From Nemertoderma westbladi (taxonomy: Eukaryota > Animalia > Xenacoelomorpha), in contig JAUCBJ010006516.1 in assembly GCA_032718475.1 (NCBI GenBank), forward strand, positions 1 to 37,946: a stretch of DNA of 37,946 bases, in the 5' to 3' direction. The notes beneath the pieces were generated by a model. That model did no database searches. It saw nothing but the letters and a program-made list of their open reading frames with translations, and was not told the origin of the DNA. Positions 33,668-37,946 of this stretch are shown piece by piece. Numbering within the stretch: position 1 is the stretch's first letter; each line of letters starts with the position of its first letter. A program made the position numbers and the translations under genes.

Positions 33668-34711
33668 ATGTCGTACAACTCCCAACCGACGCCTCGGCTA
33701 TCAACTGACAACAGCCGCAACTCAATTGATTCCAATGTGAAGATCTCGAGAACCAGAAAGGAAACATCGAAAGGTGCCGCGAAAGGAGTATCACCATCTG
33801 GTTCTAGCCGGAATAAATGGGTTAGAACCAGTGTGGAATGCACATTGTGCAAATCAATATGGACTGAGTTAGAACTACCAGTTGAAATATCCCAAGGGAA
33901 AGAATTCAGCAAACGTAAATTTGCATGCGGATTCTGCACAGCTATCCGACTGTTAGAAATACAGGAAGAGAATCTGTCCCTGAGGCAGGAGCTGGAGGCC
34001 ACAAAGAGACACACGGATGATGACAAGGACTTATCTGCCTTGCGATATGATCTAGAAACACGTTTCAACGATGTGGAATATACGCAAGCAGAGGTTCAGT
34101 CAAAGTTAGTGGAATTAGCGAAAAATCCTATACAATCAAACGCAACCATACAAAACGAATCTGTGAAACGTGCATCGTATGCGGCGGTGTTACAAGGTAA
34201 AAATGTTGCTGAACTTGCTAAGCAAATACGACAAGAGGAACATGAAATGAATAAAATATCATCCAATATAGTGGTAACGGGTATCAAGCAAACAAAAGAC
34301 GACCAGGAGGATACTAATTTGGTGACGGACCTAATGAAAGGGATTGGAGTTTCCATAACAAGTACCGGTAGTTCCAGCATAAAGACTAGACATGTTGGGA
34401 GAGTACGTGAAGACGGAACTCAGAATATAATTGTCACCATGGAAGGATACAACAGGGATGACATACTCTCGAGAGCAAGGAAACTAAATGACAGACAGGA
34501 AACAAAAAATATATATATAACACCTGATTTGACCAGAGCTGAACAGAAACTCCAATATGAACTCAGACAATTACGACGAGATAAAATCAGAGAGGAGCCA
34601 CACATAACCTGGATAATATATAATGGAGAGGTAAGGGAAAGAAGGCAGAAATTGTCTAGCACACGTGGTACACGAATGTCGAACCGAGATAATGCGGAGG
34701 ATATAGATTGA
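33668..34711 (+). CDS. LINE B ORF1 (Cys finger, coiled coil, RRM-like)
   Basis: CTLC...FACGFC, SYAAVL, SNIVVTG, YITPDLTRAEQKLQYELR. Confidence 0.9.
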   Translation: MSYNSQPTPRLSTDNSRNSIDSNVKISRTRKETSKGAAKGVSPSGSSRNKWVRTSVECTLCKSIWTELELPVEISQGKEFSKRKFACGFCTAIRLLEIQEENLSLRQELEATKRHTDDDKDLSALRYDLETRFNDVEYTQAEVQSKLVELAKNPIQSNATIQNESVKRASYAAVLQGKNVAELAKQIRQEEHEMNKISSNIVVTGIKQTKDDQEDTNLVTDLMKGIGVSITSTGSSSIKTRHVGRVREDGTQNIIVTMEGYNRDDILSRARKLNDRQETKNIYITPDLTRAEQKLQYELRQLRRDKIREEPHITWIIYNGEVRERRQKLSSTRGTRMSNRDNAEDID

Positions 34712-34732
34712 CGGTTACATGTTGCAGTCGAG

Positions 34733-35218
34733 CCCCGGGAACTCATCGCGGTTCCTACTGCTGAGGTAGTTCCGGTTGCGCCCTGGGAACTCATAGCGGT
34801 TCCTCCGGCTGAGGTTGTTACTGTTGCGCCCCAGAAACTCATCGCGGTACCTCCGGCTGAGGTTGTTACGGTTGCGCCCCGGGAACTCATTGTGGTTCCT
34901 CCGGCTGAGGTTATGGTTGCGCCCCGCAAACTCATCGCAGTTCCTCCGGCTGAGATTGTTACGGTCGCACCCCGGGAACTCATCGCGGTTCCTCCGGCTG
35001 AGGTAGTTACGGTTGTGCCCCGGGAACTCACCACGGATCCTCAGGCTGAGGTTGTTATGGTTGAGCCCCGGGAACTCATAGCGTTTCCTCCGGCTGATGT
35101 TGTTACGGATGTGCCCCAGGAACTCATCGCGGTTCATCCGCCTGAGGTTGTTACGGTTGCGCCCCGGGAACTCATCGCGGTTCATCCGGCTGAGGTTGTT
35201 AAAGTTGTGCCCCGGGAA
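34733..35218 (+). repeat. 48-bp tandem repeat x10 (PRELIAVPPAEVVTVA in the ORF2 frame)
   Basis: CCCCGGGAACTCATCGCGGTTCCTCCGGCTGAGGTTGTTACGGTTGCG consensus; one unit has a 3-bp deletion. Confidence 0.95.
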
Positions 35219-35287
35219 CCTGTTGCATTTAATCTCACGGTTTATATTGATAGGAATAATAACACAGAAGTGAATTTGCAAATTTTA

Positions 35288-37946
35288 ATGCAAAATGTGC
35301 GTTCGCTAAATAACAAGGTATCAATAATGAAAAATATTTTATGCAAACTGAAACCACACATACTGGTTATGACAGAGGTTTGGCTAAAAGGAAATGCGAC
35401 CCCGCTCAGCGAATTAACACCAAAAGGGTTTACATCCTATACTTCTATGAGAAAGGAGAGGAGAGGAGGAGGTATCAGTATAATCATGACACCAAATATT
35501 ACATTTAAATCTAAGGAAATATATATAATGGAGGACTTATGTTTTGAATATATACTTGGTGAGGTTGAGTTGAAAATGAAACGATTTTTGCTGTTGGTAG
35601 TATATTTTCCAGATCCGCATGTCATTAACTTATTTATTAATCAGTTTGAAAGTCTGCTAAGCAACGTTTGTTCAATGCCACTAGATTTATTAATACTGGG
35701 TGATTTCAACATACATGTTAATCTGCCACTTGAAACGGGACCGGCAAATTTTTTGGATTTACTGGATGGTTTCGGTCTTGTGCAGCATGTTACCGAACCA
35801 ACTCATATTCATGGAAATACCCTAGACCTTATTATAACATATAGAGAAGATTTAGACAGGAAACAACTATTAGATAAACATAATGTGGAAAATAAATATA
35901 TATCTGATCACTTTATGATTAATATGAGTTTGAAACAGACTGTGAATAAAGAACAATCAAAGGTTGTAACATTTAGAAATTGGAAGGCAATAAATATAGA
36001 TACTTTCCAAAATATGGTAAATAATATGAATGTGGTATATGATGAGAACGATGTTGACAAATATGTTGACACGTTAATTACTAATTTGACAAATATTGCT
36101 GATACCCTTGCTCCACTGCAAACTAAGCGGGTCAACTTAACATGGAAAACAGCTACTTCGTCTGTGTGGTATGACAGTGAATGTTTGGATCTTAAACATG
36201 AAATGCGTCGATTAGAAAGGAAAATGCGGTCTGAACAAAACATGGTGTTGAAGTTATTATATAAATCTGAGGGGAGACGAATACAACAAGAATATTGGAA
36301 ACTATGTGAACAAAAACATAATAGCTACTACCATGATCGATTGAAGGCAGTTGATGGACCTAGTCAGCGGTGGAAAATATTAAAAGAAATATTGTCAAGA
36401 CAGAAAGTAGAGATTTTACCATTCTGTACTAATTCTGAAGATTTGGCTAATCGCTTTGCTGATTTCTTTCATAATAAGATTTCTAACATTAGGAAAGGGT
36501 TTATTACGATTCAGACTACAGAGGATGCTGCATGCCTTAGCGATATTGGGAATCATTTCACAGGAAGGTGGTTGGAAAACTTCACACCAGTTACAGAAGA
36601 TGAGATAGATACAATTATTAAGAAAATGCCGTCTAAACAGTGTGAATTGGACCCTGTTCCAATGGAGTTAATTAAGCAAGGTGGAAAGTCTATGATACGA
36701 CACATATCAAATGCTGTGAATATGTCATTAAGGATTGGAGTTACTCCAAGTTCGACAAAGGAAGCCATTCTTAAACCAGGAATAAAAAAATTAACCCTTG
36801 ATAAGGAAGTATTAAATAACTTTAGGCCAGTCGGAAACATTGCTGTAATTGGGAAAATCATTGAGAAAGTAGTGGACAGCCAAATGAGGGAACATATTTT
36901 ATACAATAATTTGCTTCCACTTTTACAATCGGCGTACAGAAAAAATCATTCAACAGAGACAGCACTTCTTCGAGTACAAAATGATATAGCAGTAAATATG
37001 GACAATGGTAAGGTGACTGCATTAGTATTGTTGGATTTATCAGCAGCGTTTGATACAATAGATCTGGATATTTTAATAAAGCGATTGGAAGTTGAGTTTG
37101 GTATTCGTGGAGTGTGTCTTAAGTGGCTAAAATCGTATGTCAGTGATCGTTCGTACAGGGTGTACATTAATGGGAAATATTCGAGGATAATACGACTATT
37201 GTGGGGAGTTACACAAGGATCAATCCTAGGTGTATTGCTATTTATATTATACACAGCACCATTAGCGAAATTAATAAACTCATTTCAAGTACAGCACCAC
37301 TTATTTTCAGATGACACACAGGTATATCATGCGATAGAGGTGGAGGATCCTTTACGGATGTCTCGGGTAGAAGAGTGCCTTACACATGTAATTAGCTGGA
37401 TGAATCAGAATAAGCTGGAGATTAATACCTCAAAGACTAAATTATTGCTAATAGGATCTAGAACACGGTTAAATCAACTTTGTGAGATAAGCTTGAAGGT
37501 AGGAACCGAAGTGATTCATCCATCAATTCATGAAAGAAACCTCGGCATAGAGTTTGATGCACAATTATCATCAAAACAACAGGTAAATAAGGTGGTATCC
37601 TCTTGCTATATGTTTCTCAGGGAATTTCGACGGATTCGACCAAGGATAACTAATGATACTGCAAAGCTAATTAGTTCGGCTCTGATTGGTAGTAAACTTG
37701 ATTACTGTAATAGCCTCTATATTGGATTAAGTAACAGGATATTAAGAAAATTGCAACTGATACAGAATTCCATGGCAAGAATAGTAAACCGAATTCCATT
37801 GAGACATCATATAACACCAGTATTGAAAGAACTACATTGGTTGCCTATTAAATCCCGAATAGATTTCAAAATCGCAGTTATGACGTTTAGAGCTATACAA
37901 GGCACTGCCCCTTCTTACTTGTCGGACCTTATTAAACCCTGCAGTA
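35288..37946 (+). CDS. LINE B ORF2: APE endonuclease + reverse transcriptase (3' partial; frame open from 34712)
   Basis: QNVRSL, MTEVWL, GGGISI, LGDFNIH, TLDLI, SDHF, FRPVGN, DLSAAFDT, GVTQGS, LFSDDTQ, LHWLPI; missing from the ORF track, consistent with no stop before the window end. Confidence 0.92.
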   Translation, partial: MQNVRSLNNKVSIMKNILCKLKPHILVMTEVWLKGNATPLSELTPKGFTSYTSMRKERRGGGISIIMTPNITFKSKEIYIMEDLCFEYILGEVELKMKRFLLLVVYFPDPHVINLFINQFESLLSNVCSMPLDLLILGDFNIHVNLPLETGPANFLDLLDGFGLVQHVTEPTHIHGNTLDLIITYREDLDRKQLLDKHNVENKYISDHFMINMSLKQTVNKEQSKVVTFRNWKAINIDTFQNMVNNMNVVYDENDVDKYVDTLITNLTNIADTLAPLQTKRVNLTWKTATSSVWYDSECLDLKHEMRRLERKMRSEQNMVLKLLYKSEGRRIQQEYWKLCEQKHNSYYHDRLKAVDGPSQRWKILKEILSRQKVEILPFCTNSEDLANRFADFFHNKISNIRKGFITIQTTEDAACLSDIGNHFTGRWLENFTPVTEDEIDTIIKKMPSKQCELDPVPMELIKQGGKSMIRHISNAVNMSLRIGVTPSSTKEAILKPGIKKLTLDKEVLNNFRPVGNIAVIGKIIEKVVDSQMREHILYNNLLPLLQSAYRKNHSTETALLRVQNDIAVNMDNGKVTALVLLDLSAAFDTIDLDILIKRLEVEFGIRGVCLKWLKSYVSDRSYRVYINGKYSRIIRLLWGVTQGSILGVLLFILYTAPLAKLINSFQVQHHLFSDDTQVYHAIEVEDPLRMSRVEECLTHVISWMNQNKLEINTSKTKLLLIGSRTRLNQLCEISLKVGTEVIHPSIHERNLGIEFDAQLSSKQQVNKVVSSCYMFLREFRRIRPRITNDTAKLISSALIGSKLDYCNSLYIGLSNRILRKLQLIQNSMARIVNRIPLRHHITPVLKELHWLPIKSRIDFKIAVMTFRAIQGTAPSYLSDLIKPCS

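Larger units (their letters stand above)
33668..37946 (+). mobile_element. LINE B: L2-clade element, apparently intact, cut by the window edge
   Basis: ORF1, then in-frame APE-RT ORF with no stop to the window end; 5' UTR probably begins ~33350-33660. Confidence 0.92.

Overview
Eukaryotic (most likely invertebrate animal) DNA made almost entirely of nested transposable elements; no host gene, RNA gene or CRISPR array is evident. Left to right: (1) 1-3359, a possible Polinton/Maverick-like right end with an orphan ORF showing two PC4-like segments; (2) a 2.7-kb 16-bp satellite; (3) small TE remnants and a CpG/ACCGGT-rich stretch; (4) CR1-group LINE A (ORF1 from 8268, ORF2 ending 33008), split by an inverted RTE fragment (TSD TCAAAAAAC) and by a 19.4-kb BEL/Pao LTR element (12192-31558, TSD GAAGC) that has gag but no pol; (5) inside that element's 3' LTR, a second very young pol-less BEL-like element (22451-29857, TSD CTAAT) with long hairpin arrays, plus an inverted L2 3' fragment; (6) an apparently intact L2-type LINE B running off the window. 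The most striking signal is that in both LINEs ORF1 and ORF2 are in the same frame and separated by a UGA in a classic leaky context (TGA-CTA-G, TGA-CGG), suggesting ORF1-ORF2 fusion by stop-codon readthrough. All family assignments come from motif recognition by eye; no searches were run.
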